Positions 10,092 through 20,653 of a DNA stretch of 64,000 nucleotides are shown piece by piece. How positions within the stretch are numbered: the first letter of the stretch is position 1; each line of letters opens with the position of its first letter. The notes below the pieces were generated by a model. That model was not told where the DNA came from, searched no databases, and saw nothing but the letters and a program-made list of their open reading frames with translations. Source of the stretch: an uncultured Gemmatimonadales bacterium (GTDB lineage: Bacteria; Gemmatimonadota; Gemmatimonadetes; Longimicrobiales; Gaopeijiaceae); contig CAWELD010000010.1 of assembly GCA_963809895.1 (NCBI GenBank), forward strand, positions 544,001 through 608,000. The letters are read 5' to 3'. The position numbers and the translations under genes were made by a program.

Positions 10092-12968
10092 ATGCGTTCC
10101 ACGATCCGTGCTTCCGTGCGGGCGGCCGGTGCAGCCGCCCTCGCTCTCCTTCTCCTTGCCGGCCCCACGGCGGCCCAGGAGGGAGCCTCCGACTCGTCCC
10201 CTCGTACCATGACGCCCGACGACTACGGCAAGTTCGAACGGCTGGGGCGCTCGACGCTCTCCGACGACGGCCGCTGGCTCGCCGTGGAGATCCTGAGGGT
10301 GAACGAGGAGAACGAGCTGCGGGCACGGGCGCTGGCGAACCCGGATTCGGTGGTGGTGGTGCCCTACGGCACCAGCGCCGCCTTCTCCAGCGACGGCCGC
10401 TGGCTGGGCGTGAGCCGCGGTGTGAGCTCCGACGAGCGCGAACGTCTGCAGAAGGCGAAGAAGCCGGTCCACGACGACCTCGTGCTGGTCGATCTGTCCG
10501 ACGGCTCGCGCACCGAGGTGGAGGACGTGGCCAGCTTCGCCTTCTCCGCCGACGGCCACTTCCTGGCCATGCGTCGATATCCGCCTCAGGGCGACCGCGA
10601 CGCCAAGGGCGTGGACCTGGTGGTGCGCGACCTCTCCAGCGGCGTGGAGACCGCCTTCGGCAACGTGTCGGAATACGCCTGGGCGGATCAGGGCACGTTG
10701 CTGGCGATGACCGTGGACGCCCAGGAGATGGCGGGCAACGGGGTGCAGCTCTTCGACGCCGGCAGCGGGCGCCTCACGACCCTCGACTCCCACGACACCC
10801 GCTACTCGGGCCTGCGCTGGCGCGACGACGCCAACGATCTGGCGGTCATGCGCCAGATGCCCCGCGACGACGATGGTGAGAAGGCCTGGGCGGACACGGC
10901 GCAGGTGGTTCTCGCGTGGACCGGGATCAGGAGTGGCACGCGTCCCGCCACGCACCTGCTCTCTGCCGCCACCGGGGGATTCCCGGACAGCACGCGGATC
11001 GTGTCGTTCCAACCCCTGCGCTGGTCCGAAGAGGGCGACATGGTCTTCGTGGGCCTGGACGCCCGTGAGGTGGCGCCGCCGAAGTGTGAGCCGGAGGGCG
11101 AGGGTGAGGCCGCGGACGAAGCGGAGGAGGGTGGCGACATGGAGGGCCAGGAGGCGCCGGCTCCGGACGCCGAGGCGTGCGAGAAGGTCGACGAGGACGA
11201 CAAGCCCACCGTGGAGGTCTGGCACGCCAAGGACGTGGACATCGTGCCCACCCAGAAGGTGCAGGCGAACCGGGACCGGCGTGAGAACGACCTGGCGGCG
11301 TGGCACGTGGCCGGGAACCGGCTGGTCCGCCTCGAGGACGACCTCACCGAAGACGTGACCATCCTGCCCGATGCCGATGTGGCCATCGGCAGCGACGCCA
11401 CGCCCTACGAGGCGGACCGCATGTTCGGGCCCGCCTACAGGGACGTGTACCTGGTGGATCTGGACAGTGGCGAGAAGACCAGGGCGCTGGAGCAGGTGGA
11501 GTTCTTCCTGGGGGCCAGCCCGTCGGGACGCTACCTGATCTGGGTGCAGGACGACGACGTCTGGAGCTGGGACGCGCGCGACGGTACGACCACGAACCTG
11601 ACCGGCGACCTGCCGACCTCGTTCGTGGACGTCGACGACGACCACACGGTGGACCAGAAGCCGCCCTACGGTGTGGGCGGATGGCTGGAGGACGACGAGG
11701 CCGTGCTCCTCTACGACAAGCTCGACGTCTGGCAGGTGGCGCCCGACGGATCCGACGCGCGCCAGCTCACCCACGGGGCCGACGCCAACGTGCGGTACCG
11801 GCGCGTGCGCCTGGACTTCGACGAGCGGGCCATCGATCCCGACGAGCCCCAGTACTTCTCGATGTACGACGACTGGGCGGAGGAGTGGGGGTACGGGCGC
11901 TCGAACGACCTGGGCGGAGACGTGCAGCGCCTGGTGTGGGGCCCGCAGAGCTACGGCGGCCTGACCAAGGCAGAGGACGCCGACGTCTACCTGTACCAGG
12001 AGCAGGACTTCGACGACTCGCCGGACTACTTCGTTACCGGTCCCCGGCTGCGGAACCCCCGCCAGGTGACCAAGACCAATCCGTTCCAGGACGACTACCT
12101 GTGGGGGCACACCGAGCTCATCACCTACCAGAACACCTACGGGGACACGCTCCAGGGCGCGCTCTACTACCCGGCGGGCTACGAGCCGGGCCGCAAGTAT
12201 CCCATGATCACGTACATCTACGAAATCCTCTCCAACGGCGTGCGCCGCTACTACACGCCCTCGGAGCGGGACTACTACAACCTCCAGAGCTGGGTGCAGC
12301 ACGGCTACTTCGTCTTCCAGCCGGACATCGTCTACAAGGACCGCGACCCGGGGGTGAGCGCGGTGGCGGCGCTGGAGCCGGCGGTGGCGGCGGTGGTGGC
12401 CAAGGGCGATGTGGATCCGGAGCGGGTGGGCCTGGTGGGCCACTCCTGGGGTGGCTATCAGACCACCTTCACCGTGACCCAGACCGACATCTTCGCGGCG
12501 GCGGTGGCCGGAGCGCCCCTCACCAACCTCTTCAGCATGTACCTGTCGGTGTACTGGAACAGCGGCGGTACCGACGCGCGCATCTTCGAGATCAGCCAGG
12601 GGCGCATGGAGGTGCCGTTCTGGGAAGACGAGGCGGCCTACGAGCGCAACAGCCCGGTCTTCCACATCGAGGATCTGCACACGCCCTTCCTCATGGCGCA
12701 GGGCTCGGAGGACGGCGCCGTGGACTTCAATCAGGGCGTGGAGTTCTACAACGCGGCGCGCCGGGCCGGGAAGGACTTCGTCTTCCTGGTCTACAACGGC
12801 GAGAACCACGGCTTCAGCCAGGAGCCGAACCAGAAGGACTACCACCGGCGCATCATGGAGTGGTTCGGTCACTACCTGAAGGGAGATCCGGCCCCGGACT
12901 GGATGACCCAGGGCGTGCCGTACCTGGAGCAGGCCGAGGAGACGCGGACCTCGCGGGGCGGTGGGTGA
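10092..12968 (+). CDS. Secreted S9 (prolyl oligopeptidase family) peptidase
   Basis: Signal peptide; GHSWGGY nucleophile, EDGAVD acid, ENHG His. Confidence 0.92.
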   Translation: MRSTIRASVRAAGAAALALLLLAGPTAAQEGASDSSPRTMTPDDYGKFERLGRSTLSDDGRWLAVEILRVNEENELRARALANPDSVVVVPYGTSAAFSSDGRWLGVSRGVSSDERERLQKAKKPVHDDLVLVDLSDGSRTEVEDVASFAFSADGHFLAMRRYPPQGDRDAKGVDLVVRDLSSGVETAFGNVSEYAWADQGTLLAMTVDAQEMAGNGVQLFDAGSGRLTTLDSHDTRYSGLRWRDDANDLAVMRQMPRDDDGEKAWADTAQVVLAWTGIRSGTRPATHLLSAATGGFPDSTRIVSFQPLRWSEEGDMVFVGLDAREVAPPKCEPEGEGEAADEAEEGGDMEGQEAPAPDAEACEKVDEDDKPTVEVWHAKDVDIVPTQKVQANRDRRENDLAAWHVAGNRLVRLEDDLTEDVTILPDADVAIGSDATPYEADRMFGPAYRDVYLVDLDSGEKTRALEQVEFFLGASPSGRYLIWVQDDDVWSWDARDGTTTNLTGDLPTSFVDVDDDHTVDQKPPYGVGGWLEDDEAVLLYDKLDVWQVAPDGSDARQLTHGADANVRYRRVRLDFDERAIDPDEPQYFSMYDDWAEEWGYGRSNDLGGDVQRLVWGPQSYGGLTKAEDADVYLYQEQDFDDSPDYFVTGPRLRNPRQVTKTNPFQDDYLWGHTELITYQNTYGDTLQGALYYPAGYEPGRKYPMITYIYEILSNGVRRYYTPSERDYYNLQSWVQHGYFVFQPDIVYKDRDPGVSAVAALEPAVAAVVAKGDVDPERVGLVGHSWGGYQTTFTVTQTDIFAAAVAGAPLTNLFSMYLSVYWNSGGTDARIFEISQGRMEVPFWEDEAAYERNSPVFHIEDLHTPFLMAQGSEDGAVDFNQGVEFYNAARRAGKDFVFLVYNGENHGFSQEPNQKDYHRRIMEWFGHYLKGDPAPDWMTQGVPYLEQAEETRTSRGGG

Positions 12969-12984
12969 GGGCCCAGGAGACCGG

Positions 12985-13662
12985 ATGGCCGACCCTCTAG
13001 CGATTCCGGCGGGAGACGCCGAGGAGCTCCCCGGGCTCCTGGAGCGGCCGCCGGATGCCCACGCGCTGCTCGTGCTCGCCCACGGCGCCGGCGCGGGCAT
13101 GCGCCACGCCTTCATGGAGGCGGCGGCACAGCGGCTCGCCGAGCGCGGGGTAGCCACGCTTCGCTACGAGTTTCCGTACATGGCCGCCGGTGGGCGGCGC
13201 CCCGACCGGCCGCCGGTGGCTCGGGCCGCGGTCCGGGCCGCGGTGGCGGCCGGTCTGGAGTTGGCTCGCGGGCTCCCGGTCTTCGCTGGAGGCAAGTCCT
13301 TCGGCGGGCGCATGACCTCGCAGGAGGCGTCGGCGGGCGGGTTGTCGGGCGTAGCTGGGCTGGTCTTTCTCGGCTTTCCGCTGCACCCGGCGGGGCGGCC
13401 CGGCACCGAACGGGCGGATCACCTGGCGGGCGTCCGGCAGCCCATGCTGTTCGTCCAGGGCACCCGCGACCGCCTGGCGGAGCTCGAGCTGCTGCGGCCG
13501 GTGTTGGACGGCCTGGGCCCGCGGGCGACGCTCCACGTGGAGGAGGGCGCCGATCACGGATTCCACGTGTTGAAGCGCTCGGGCCGGACCGACGCCGGCG
13601 TGCTGGATGCCATCGCCGACGCGGTGGCAGCGTGGATGCGACAGGTGCCGGCGGGGCCGTAG
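12985..13662 (+). CDS. Alpha/beta hydrolase (KANL3/Tex30-like)
   Basis: [19 protein letters not shown] and GADHGF. Confidence 0.88.
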   Translation: MADPLAIPAGDAEELPGLLERPPDAHALLVLAHGAGAGMRHAFMEAAAQRLAERGVATLRYEFPYMAAGGRRPDRPPVARAAVRAAVAAGLELARGLPVFAGGKSFGGRMTSQEASAGGLSGVAGLVFLGFPLHPAGRPGTERADHLAGVRQPMLFVQGTRDRLAELELLRPVLDGLGPRATLHVEEGADHGFHVLKRSGRTDAGVLDAIADAVAAWMRQVPAGP

Positions 13663-13729
13663 CCGGTCGCCCGCCCCCCTCTTCCGCGGTGATCCGTGAA
13701 ACCTGACCATGGCGAGTCTCGTCGGGCGT

Positions 13730-13744
13730 TTATACAATGTAGAA
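13730..13744. promoter_or_regulatory. AT-rich imperfect palindrome, candidate PadR operator overlapping a -10 box
   Basis: TTATACAATGTAGAA; contains TACAAT; 19 bp upstream of the ADOP start. Confidence 0.5.
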
Positions 13745-13763
13745 TCACACGCCACCGACCCTC

Positions 13764-16394
13764 ATGCGCCCACTTCCACAACGTGATCCGCCCCTCGCGG
13801 CCCTGGCCGCGCGTCTCCTGGCGCTTCTGGCCGGCTCCTCGGACGGCCGCGCCATGGCTGACGACCTGGCGGAGGAGCACCGACGCTTCGTGCGTCCGGT
13901 CCGAGGCGGTGCGAGGGCTGCGCTCTGGTACTGGTGGCAGGTGCTGCGGTCGGCGGCGGCGCTGATCGCGGCGCGCTTCGGAGAGGACACCACAACGGCG
14001 AAGGGAGGGGGGATGAGGATGGGCTCCGTCATGCAGGACATCCGGTATGCGTTGCGCGGGCTCCGGTCGAGGCCCGTGTTCACCGTCACCGTCGTGGTGA
14101 CGTTGGCACTGGGCGTCGGGGGCACCGCGGCCATCTTCACCGTGCTGCGGGGCACCCTGCTGCGTCCCCTGCCGTACGTGGCGCCCGACGACACCTACGT
14201 GTTCTGGGACGTCTATTCGTGGCAGCCCAAGGAGTTCGCGCTGCTGCGGGACGACTGGGACGCCTTCGACGCCGTGGGCGCCTACTGGCCGGAGCAGGAG
14301 GTGCTCCAGGTGGATGGGGGCGCAGCGACCGCCGAAGACGGGTTGCTGGTGACCCACGAGATCTTCCAGGCTCTGGGTCGCGACGCGGCGCTGGGGCGCG
14401 TCCTGACGGCCGACGACGAGGGGCCCGGAGGTGGCAGTCCGGCGCCGGTGGCCGTGATCGCCTGGGGTCTCTGGCAGGAGTTGGGCGGCCAGAGGGACAT
14501 CCTGAACCGGACGGTGAGGATCAGCGGGGTCGACACGCGAGTGGTGGGGGTGATGCCGCCGGACTTCTTCTTTCCCGATCCGGGGGTGCGCATCTGGCGG
14601 CCCATGAACATCGACCCGAGGCGCGGAGGCGGGTATCTCGCACTTCTGGGGCGAAGCGCGTCCGGTGTGGGGCCGGGGGAGATCCAGGCGAACGTGGACC
14701 GGGTGACGGCGCGACTGGGCGAGACCTTCCAGTACCCCGCCGAATTCGACCGGACGCGTGATCCCTCGCTCACTCCGGTGAAGTCGTATCTCTTCGGTGA
14801 CACCCGCACCCCCCTGCTGCTGGTGGCCGGCGCGCTGGCTCTCACGCTACTCGTCGCCTGCGCCAACGTGGCGGCGCTACTGGTAGCGCGGACGGATGCA
14901 CGTCGCGGTGAGTTGGCGGTGCGGACGGCGGTGGGCGCTGGCCGGGGCCGTCTCGCCCGGCAGCTTTGCACCGAGACCCTCGTCCTGGGTGGTCTGGCGG
15001 GGCTCGCCGCGGCGGTCGTGGGCTCCGGCGCGCTCCGGCTACTTCGAGGCCTGCTGCCCGTGCCGCCCGGGATGGCGGAGGCGCTCGGCGTCGACGTGGA
15101 GACGGTGCTGGCGGCCGTGGTGGTCGGCGTGACGACGGGCGCCGTGGTGGGGATGGGTCCGGTGCTTCGATTGCTGCGTGGGCATGGGTCGCTGTCGCAG
15201 GGAGGCGCCCGGGGACGGATTGGTGGAAGCCGCCTGGAAAGTGGTTTGGTGGTGGCTGAGGTGGCGCTGGCGCTCCTGTTGGTCGGGGGCGCGGGGCTGC
15301 TCGTACGGAGCGTCAGGGCGCTGGAGCGGGTGGACACCGGCGTGGATCCCTCCGGCGTACTGGTGGTCGATCTGGTGGCGGGGAATGGGGACTTCGGTGG
15401 GCAGGAGCTGCCTGGGCTCTACCGGGAGCTTCGACAACGGGTCGGTGAGCTGCCGGGCGTGACATCGGTGGGACTCACCCAGAAGCTCCCCTTGCGGGGC
15501 CGTGGCTGGATCACCGGCGTGGGTGACCTCGATCAGCCTGGCGGGGACGAAGTGTTTGCCTTCGTGCGCTTCGTGACGCCGGGCTACCTGGAGGCCCTGG
15601 GCGTCCCGCTGCTCCAGGGACGCGGAATGGACGAGGTCCTGGACGCCCCGGGTGCGGACCGCTCGGCCCTCGTGAACGAGACGCTGGCGCACACGCTCTG
15701 GCCCGACGGGAATCCCCTGGGGCATCGCACGTCCGACGCCATGGGCAACGACGTCACCGTGGTGGGCGTGGTGGGTGATGTGAAGGAAGGCGATCTCACG
15801 GATCCCCGCGAGCCGGTCCTGTACGTGCCCCTCATGCAGAACGCCAGCTTCGTGGCCCCCACGATGGTGCTGGCATCGCGGCCCGGAGCCGATACGGAGC
15901 TCGCCGCCTCGGTGCGCGAGGTGGTAGCGGCCGTGGACTCCCGTGTGGCGGTGGACAGGATCGAGTCCATGGACGCCGTCGTTGAGCAAGCCCAGGGTGA
16001 AGCCCTCCGGGTCATGCGGCTGCTGGCAGCGTTGGGCGGTCTCGCGCTCCTGCTCGGTGCGGTGGGCGTATACGGTGTCCTGTCGCACTGGGTGGGCCGG
16101 CGCTCCCGGGTGTGGGCCGTGTCGCTGGCGCTCGGCTCGTCGCCGGCGCGTGTCGTGCGCGGGGTGGTAACCCGGGGGCTCGGCCTCGTCATCGCCGGCC
16201 TGATCCTCGGGGCGCTCGCGTTTCTCGGCACGGCGCGAGCCGCCGCAGGCCTTCTGTACGAGGTGGCGCCGTGGGATCCGGTCGCCCTGGGTGCCGCCGC
16301 GGGCGCCCTCCTGGGCGCAGGGATCCTCGCCGCCTGGCTGCCCGCTCGCCGCGCGGCGCGCGTGGATCCCATGACGACGCTCAGGGGAGAGTGA
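13764..16394 (+). CDS. ADOP-type duplicated MacB/FtsX-like ABC permease
   Basis: QDIRYALRGL, LALGVGGTAAIF, ACANVAALL and AARVDPMTTLRGE. Confidence 0.92.
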   Translation: MRPLPQRDPPLAALAARLLALLAGSSDGRAMADDLAEEHRRFVRPVRGGARAALWYWWQVLRSAAALIAARFGEDTTTAKGGGMRMGSVMQDIRYALRGLRSRPVFTVTVVVTLALGVGGTAAIFTVLRGTLLRPLPYVAPDDTYVFWDVYSWQPKEFALLRDDWDAFDAVGAYWPEQEVLQVDGGAATAEDGLLVTHEIFQALGRDAALGRVLTADDEGPGGGSPAPVAVIAWGLWQELGGQRDILNRTVRISGVDTRVVGVMPPDFFFPDPGVRIWRPMNIDPRRGGGYLALLGRSASGVGPGEIQANVDRVTARLGETFQYPAEFDRTRDPSLTPVKSYLFGDTRTPLLLVAGALALTLLVACANVAALLVARTDARRGELAVRTAVGAGRGRLARQLCTETLVLGGLAGLAAAVVGSGALRLLRGLLPVPPGMAEALGVDVETVLAAVVVGVTTGAVVGMGPVLRLLRGHGSLSQGGARGRIGGSRLESGLVVAEVALALLLVGGAGLLVRSVRALERVDTGVDPSGVLVVDLVAGNGDFGGQELPGLYRELRQRVGELPGVTSVGLTQKLPLRGRGWITGVGDLDQPGGDEVFAFVRFVTPGYLEALGVPLLQGRGMDEVLDAPGADRSALVNETLAHTLWPDGNPLGHRTSDAMGNDVTVVGVVGDVKEGDLTDPREPVLYVPLMQNASFVAPTMVLASRPGADTELAASVREVVAAVDSRVAVDRIESMDAVVEQAQGEALRVMRLLAALGGLALLLGAVGVYGVLSHWVGRRSRVWAVSLALGSSPARVVRGVVTRGLGLVIAGLILGALAFLGTARAAAGLLYEVAPWDPVALGAAAGALLGAGILAAWLPARRAARVDPMTTLRGE

Positions 16395-16395
16395 C

Positions 16396-16740
16396 ATGAC
16401 GAGCTCCGACGATCCGGTCCCGGGAGTGTTCGAGGAGCAGGTCCTGGTGGCCGTGGTGCGATGCGGTGACGACGCCTATGGCATGACCGTGCGCCGGGAG
16501 CTCCAGGACCGCACCGGCCGGGACGTCTCCATCGGCGCCGTCTACGCCACCCTGGACCGTATGGAGTCCAAGGGCTGGGTGAGATCGCACCACGCCACCG
16601 AGGCCGAAGCGCAGGGCGGTGGCCGGCGCCGCTACTTCGCCCTGGAAGAGGCCGGCGCCCGGGCCCTTCTCGAGGTCCGCCGAGTGCGGGACCGGCTGTG
16701 GCAGGGCGTCGATCCGGAGACGATTCTCCCCGAGGGATAG
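16396..16740 (+). CDS. PadR-family transcriptional regulator
   Basis: AYGMTV, GAVYATLDRMESKG and GRRRYF. Confidence 0.9.
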   Translation: MTSSDDPVPGVFEEQVLVAVVRCGDDAYGMTVRRELQDRTGRDVSIGAVYATLDRMESKGWVRSHHATEAEAQGGGRRRYFALEEAGARALLEVRRVRDRLWQGVDPETILPEG

Positions 16741-16906
16741 CGCGACGCTGCCGCACAGTGGGGGGCGCGGGGGCGGCGACTGCCGCCGGGTGGGGGGCGC
16801 GGGGGCGCCGACTGGCCCAGAGGGTGGCGAGCTCGGGGGCGCCGGGGGCGACAGAGGGTGGGGGGCGCGAGGGCGGCGACTGCCGCCGGGCTCGCGCGGC
16901 CGGCGA

Positions 16907-17619
16907 CTGCCGTCAACCCTGCAAGCGCGCGGTTTTTCGCGGCGCCTGCTGGACCGGGGGCGATAATTGCCGTGAACTGTGCGAGCGCCGAGCGGGGTCG
17001 AATCGCGCGCGTGTTTCGCGGCGATTATTGCCGCGAAGTCTGCATCGCCGCTGCCGAGGGCGCCCGCTGCTCGGTTGACGGCAGCGAGGACGTCGACTGC
17101 CGCAGGGTGGGGGGCGCGAGGGCGGCGGGGCCGCAGAGGGTGGCGGGCGCGAGGGCGTCGACTGCCGCCGGGCTCGCGCGGCCGGCGACTGCCGTCAACC
17201 CTGCAAGCGCGCGGTTTTTCGCGGCGCCTGCTGGACCGGGGGCGATAATTGCCGTGAACTGTGCGAGCGCCGAGCGGGGTCGGATCGCGCGCGTGTTTCG
17301 CGGCGATTATTGCCGCGAAGTCAGCATCGCCGCTGCCGAGGGCGCCCGCTGCTCGGTTGACGGCAGCGAGGACGTCGACTGCCGCAGGGTGGGGGGCGCG
17401 AGGGCGGCGGGGCCACAGAGGGTGGCGGGCGCGAGGGCGGCGTGCCGTCAACCCTGCAAGCGCGCGGTTTTTCGCGGCGCCTGCTGGACCGGGTGCGATA
17501 ATTGCCGTGAACTGTGCGAGCGCCGAGCGGGGTCGGATCGCGCGCGTGTTTCGCGGGGATTATTGCCGCGAAGTCTGCATCGCCGCTGCCGAGGGCGCCC
17601 GCTGCTCGGTTGACGGCAC
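16907..17619. repeat. Three near-identical 178-bp elements with 12-bp terminal inverted repeats (16907-17084, 17189-17366, 17442-17619)
   Basis: Each runs (C/G)TGCCGTCAACC...GGTTGACGGCA(G/C); internal hairpin TTCGCGGCGATTATTGCCGCGAA; G-rich linkers of 104 and 75 bp. Confidence 0.92.
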
Positions 17620-17930
17620 CCGCCGCCGGCCGGCCGGTCCACACGCCCGCCGCCACCGCCGGCCTACCCACTCGCCGCCCGCGGTCCGGCCCGCCCGCCC
17701 CCGCCGCGCTCGCCGCCCCGCCCCCGCCGCCTCGCCGGCCCGCCCGCCCCCGCCGCCTCGCCGCCCCGCCCGCACGTCTACCCACCCGCCGCTTGTGGCC
17801 CGCGCTCCCCGGTCTGCCCGTCCCCCGCTCGCCCCCGCCCGCCGCCCCACCCACCCGCCGCCCGGCCCGCGGCACCCTCGATCCATCCCTCTTGAAATTC
17901 GATATGAAACCATACTGAATTCTCTCCGTA

Positions 17931-20648
17931 GTGGCGTTCATGACCGCGACGCCCACCCCACACGATGTCCGCGCTCGGCGAGCGGGAGCCCTCTACCGGG
18001 CCCTGTCCACGCTGCTCCCGGCGGACTTTCGCCGCGCCTACCTGGATCAGGCGGCGGCGGACGTGGAGGATGCGGTGCGGGCCGCATCCCGGCGGGGAGG
18101 TCGCCGGTCCGCGATGCGCGCGACGGTGGCCGCCCTGGCCGACCTTGTGCGCCGCGGCGCGGCGGAGCGGCGGAGACGAACGACCCGAGAAGGAGCGGAG
18201 AGGATGCGGAGCTGGTGGATGGAGCTGCGCCTGGCGGTTCGGGCCCTGGCCCGGCGCCCGGGCTTCACGGCGGTGGCGGCACTGACGTTGGCCCTGGGGA
18301 TCGGTGCGAACCTGGCGATCTTCGCCGTGGTGCACGGGGTGGTCTTGAAACCTCTCTCGTATCCCGATCCGGACCGCATCGTTGTGGTGGAGCACCACGC
18401 GCCGGGTCTGGACATTCCCGACGTGCCCCAGTCCGACGGTACGGCACTGGCCTATCAGGATCACCTGGCGGCCTTCGCGGCCTTTGCCGTCGTCGGCACC
18501 GAGGGCCGCAACCTCGCGCCCATCGACGGCGGCGACGCCACCCGCATCCGTGCCGGGGTGGCGAGTGGCGGCTTCGCGCAGGTGCTGGGCGTGGTTCCGG
18601 CTCTGGGCCGGGTCCTCGGCGAGGACGACTCCCGCCCGGGCGCCCCCCCGGTGGCCATGCTCTCCTACCCCTTCTGGCGGGACAACTACGGCGCGGACCC
18701 CGCGGTGCTGGGCCGCACTCTGGCTCTCGACGGAGTGAGCACGGAGATCGTCGGTGTGTTGCCGCGGAAATTCGTCTTCCCGAGCGAAGGCGACGGACGC
18801 GTCGATGTGCTCTTGCCCGTCGAGTTGGACCCCGACGAAGGCTTCGGCTCCTTCTCCAACATGGGCTTGGCACGACTCGCGCCGGGGCTCTCCCTGTCGG
18901 ACGCGCAACGTGAGGTCTCCGACTTCCAGAAGCGCTTTCCGGAGTTCATCCCGAACCTGCAGTTGGAGTTTCTCGAGATGGCTCAGTGGAGTGTCACGGT
19001 GACCCCTCTCCGGCAGGCCCTGGTGGAAGACATCGCTACCACGCTCTGGATCCTCCTGGGCACCGTGGGCCTGGTGCTTCTCATCGCCGCCGCCAACGTG
19101 GCCAATCTGGTGCTGGTGCGTACCGAGGCACGCCGGCGCGAGGTCGCGGTACGTACCGCCCTCGGGGCAGGGCGCGGAGCGCTCGCGCGGACGTTCCTGG
19201 GTGAGAGCGTGGTCCTGTCGGCGCTGGGCGCCGCCATGGGCGCCGTGCTCGCATGGGGCGCCTTGCGGCTGGTTCTGACGTTGGCTCCGCCGGCGCTTCC
19301 ACGGCGAGACGACATCGCCATGGACGGTTCGGTCATCCTGTTCGGGGTGGGTCTCACCGTGCTCGCGGCGCTCGTCTTCGGCATGCTCCCGCTCATCCGA
19401 TCGCGCATGCACGGGCTCAGCGAGGGACTCAAGGAGGGGCTCCGTGGGAGCACGGCCAGCCGGGGCGCCCTCCGTGGCCGCAACATCCTCGTGGCGGGGC
19501 AGCTGGCGCTGGCGCTCCTTCTGCTGGCGGGCTCCGGGCTCCTGTTCCGCAGCTTCATGCAACTCCGAGCCGTCGATCCCGGCGTGGATCCCGAAGGCGT
19601 GACGACGGCGGTGGTGTCGCTGGACCGGTCGTATCTGGAGCCCGGCGCCGCGCGGCAATTCTATCGCCGGCTCGTGGATCGGGTGTCGGCACTGCCGGGC
19701 GTCGAGGTCGCGGGAATCGTCGACGACGCGCCGCTCTCGGGCCGGGGCATGAGCGCCAGCTCGTTCGAGGTCGAGGGCTGGGACCGTCCGGACGACGCCC
19801 CGCCCGTGGTGGCGCTCCGCAAGGTGATCACTCCCGGCACGCTCGAGGCTCTGGGCATCACGCTGGAGCGAGGGCGTCCGCCGACGTGGCCCGAGGTGGA
19901 GGACCAGGCGCCGGTGGCGGTGGTCAACCACGAGTTCGCCCGGCGCTTCCTGGATGACGATCCACTGTCACACCGCATCAGTCCCGGTGACGAGGGGCAG
20001 CTCTATCAGGTGATCGGCGTCGTCGGCGACGTTCGCGAGCTCGGGGTCGAGGAGGAGATCCGCCCCACCATCTACTGGCTGCTGGACGCGCCCGACGGAC
20101 AGAGCGACCCCCAGCAGATGACGCTCGTGGTCAAGGGACCGTCGGCGGCAGTCGTGACTCCTCGGATCCGGGCGATCCTGCGCGAGCTGGATCCGGGCGT
20201 GCCGGTGTCGGTGGTGGAGACCATGGACGAGATCCTCACGCGCGACCTCGCCTCCACCTCCTTCACCGTCATCCTGCTGGGCCTGTCGGCCGCCATGGCC
20301 CTCGTGTTGGGCACGGTGGGGATCTACGGGGTGATCTCGTACGTGGTGAGCCAACGCACGCGCGAGATGGGTGTGCGCATGGCCCTGGGCGCCGCCGGGG
20401 CGGACGTGCGCCGCATGGTGGTGCGGCAGGGCATGCTGCTCACCGTGGTGGGCCTCGCCGTCGGGCTGGTGGCGGCCATGCTCCTGACCCGCGTGCTCCG
20501 CAGCGTACTCTTCGAGGTGTCGGCCACGGATCCCCTGGTCCTCGCTCTGACCACCAGCCTGCTGTTCGTGGTCAGCCTGCTGGCGAGTTGGATTCCCGCG
20601 CTGCGGGCGTCGCGCGTGAATCCCGTGGAAGCCCTGAGGGCGGAGTAG
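17931..20648 (+). CDS. ADOP-type duplicated MacB/FtsX-like ABC permease
   Basis: TLALGIGANLAIF, AAANVANL, SQRTREMGVRMALGA and ASRVNPVEALRAE. Confidence 0.92.
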   Translation: MAFMTATPTPHDVRARRAGALYRALSTLLPADFRRAYLDQAAADVEDAVRAASRRGGRRSAMRATVAALADLVRRGAAERRRRTTREGAERMRSWWMELRLAVRALARRPGFTAVAALTLALGIGANLAIFAVVHGVVLKPLSYPDPDRIVVVEHHAPGLDIPDVPQSDGTALAYQDHLAAFAAFAVVGTEGRNLAPIDGGDATRIRAGVASGGFAQVLGVVPALGRVLGEDDSRPGAPPVAMLSYPFWRDNYGADPAVLGRTLALDGVSTEIVGVLPRKFVFPSEGDGRVDVLLPVELDPDEGFGSFSNMGLARLAPGLSLSDAQREVSDFQKRFPEFIPNLQLEFLEMAQWSVTVTPLRQALVEDIATTLWILLGTVGLVLLIAAANVANLVLVRTEARRREVAVRTALGAGRGALARTFLGESVVLSALGAAMGAVLAWGALRLVLTLAPPALPRRDDIAMDGSVILFGVGLTVLAALVFGMLPLIRSRMHGLSEGLKEGLRGSTASRGALRGRNILVAGQLALALLLLAGSGLLFRSFMQLRAVDPGVDPEGVTTAVVSLDRSYLEPGAARQFYRRLVDRVSALPGVEVAGIVDDAPLSGRGMSASSFEVEGWDRPDDAPPVVALRKVITPGTLEALGITLERGRPPTWPEVEDQAPVAVVNHEFARRFLDDDPLSHRISPGDEGQLYQVIGVVGDVRELGVEEEIRPTIYWLLDAPDGQSDPQQMTLVVKGPSAAVVTPRIRAILRELDPGVPVSVVETMDEILTRDLASTSFTVILLGLSAAMALVLGTVGIYGVISYVVSQRTREMGVRMALGAAGADVRRMVVRQGMLLTVVGLAVGLVAAMLLTRVLRSVLFEVSATDPLVLALTTSLLFVVSLLASWIPALRASRVNPVEALRAE

Positions 20649-20653
20649 AGGCC

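Noticed and set aside
10062..13157. 1031-aa antisense ORF (likewise 21707-24514, 28045-30336, 53914-56508)
   Set aside because: Shadow ORFs caused by high GC3 opposite clearly recognisable genes.
16907..17619. CRISPR array
   Set aside because: Units are 178 bp, the linkers resemble each other rather than being unique, and there are no cas genes in the window.
16381..17956. ORFs of 250-550 aa across the repeat region
   Set aside because: Low-complexity translations of non-coding repeats in several frames, with no recognisable motifs.
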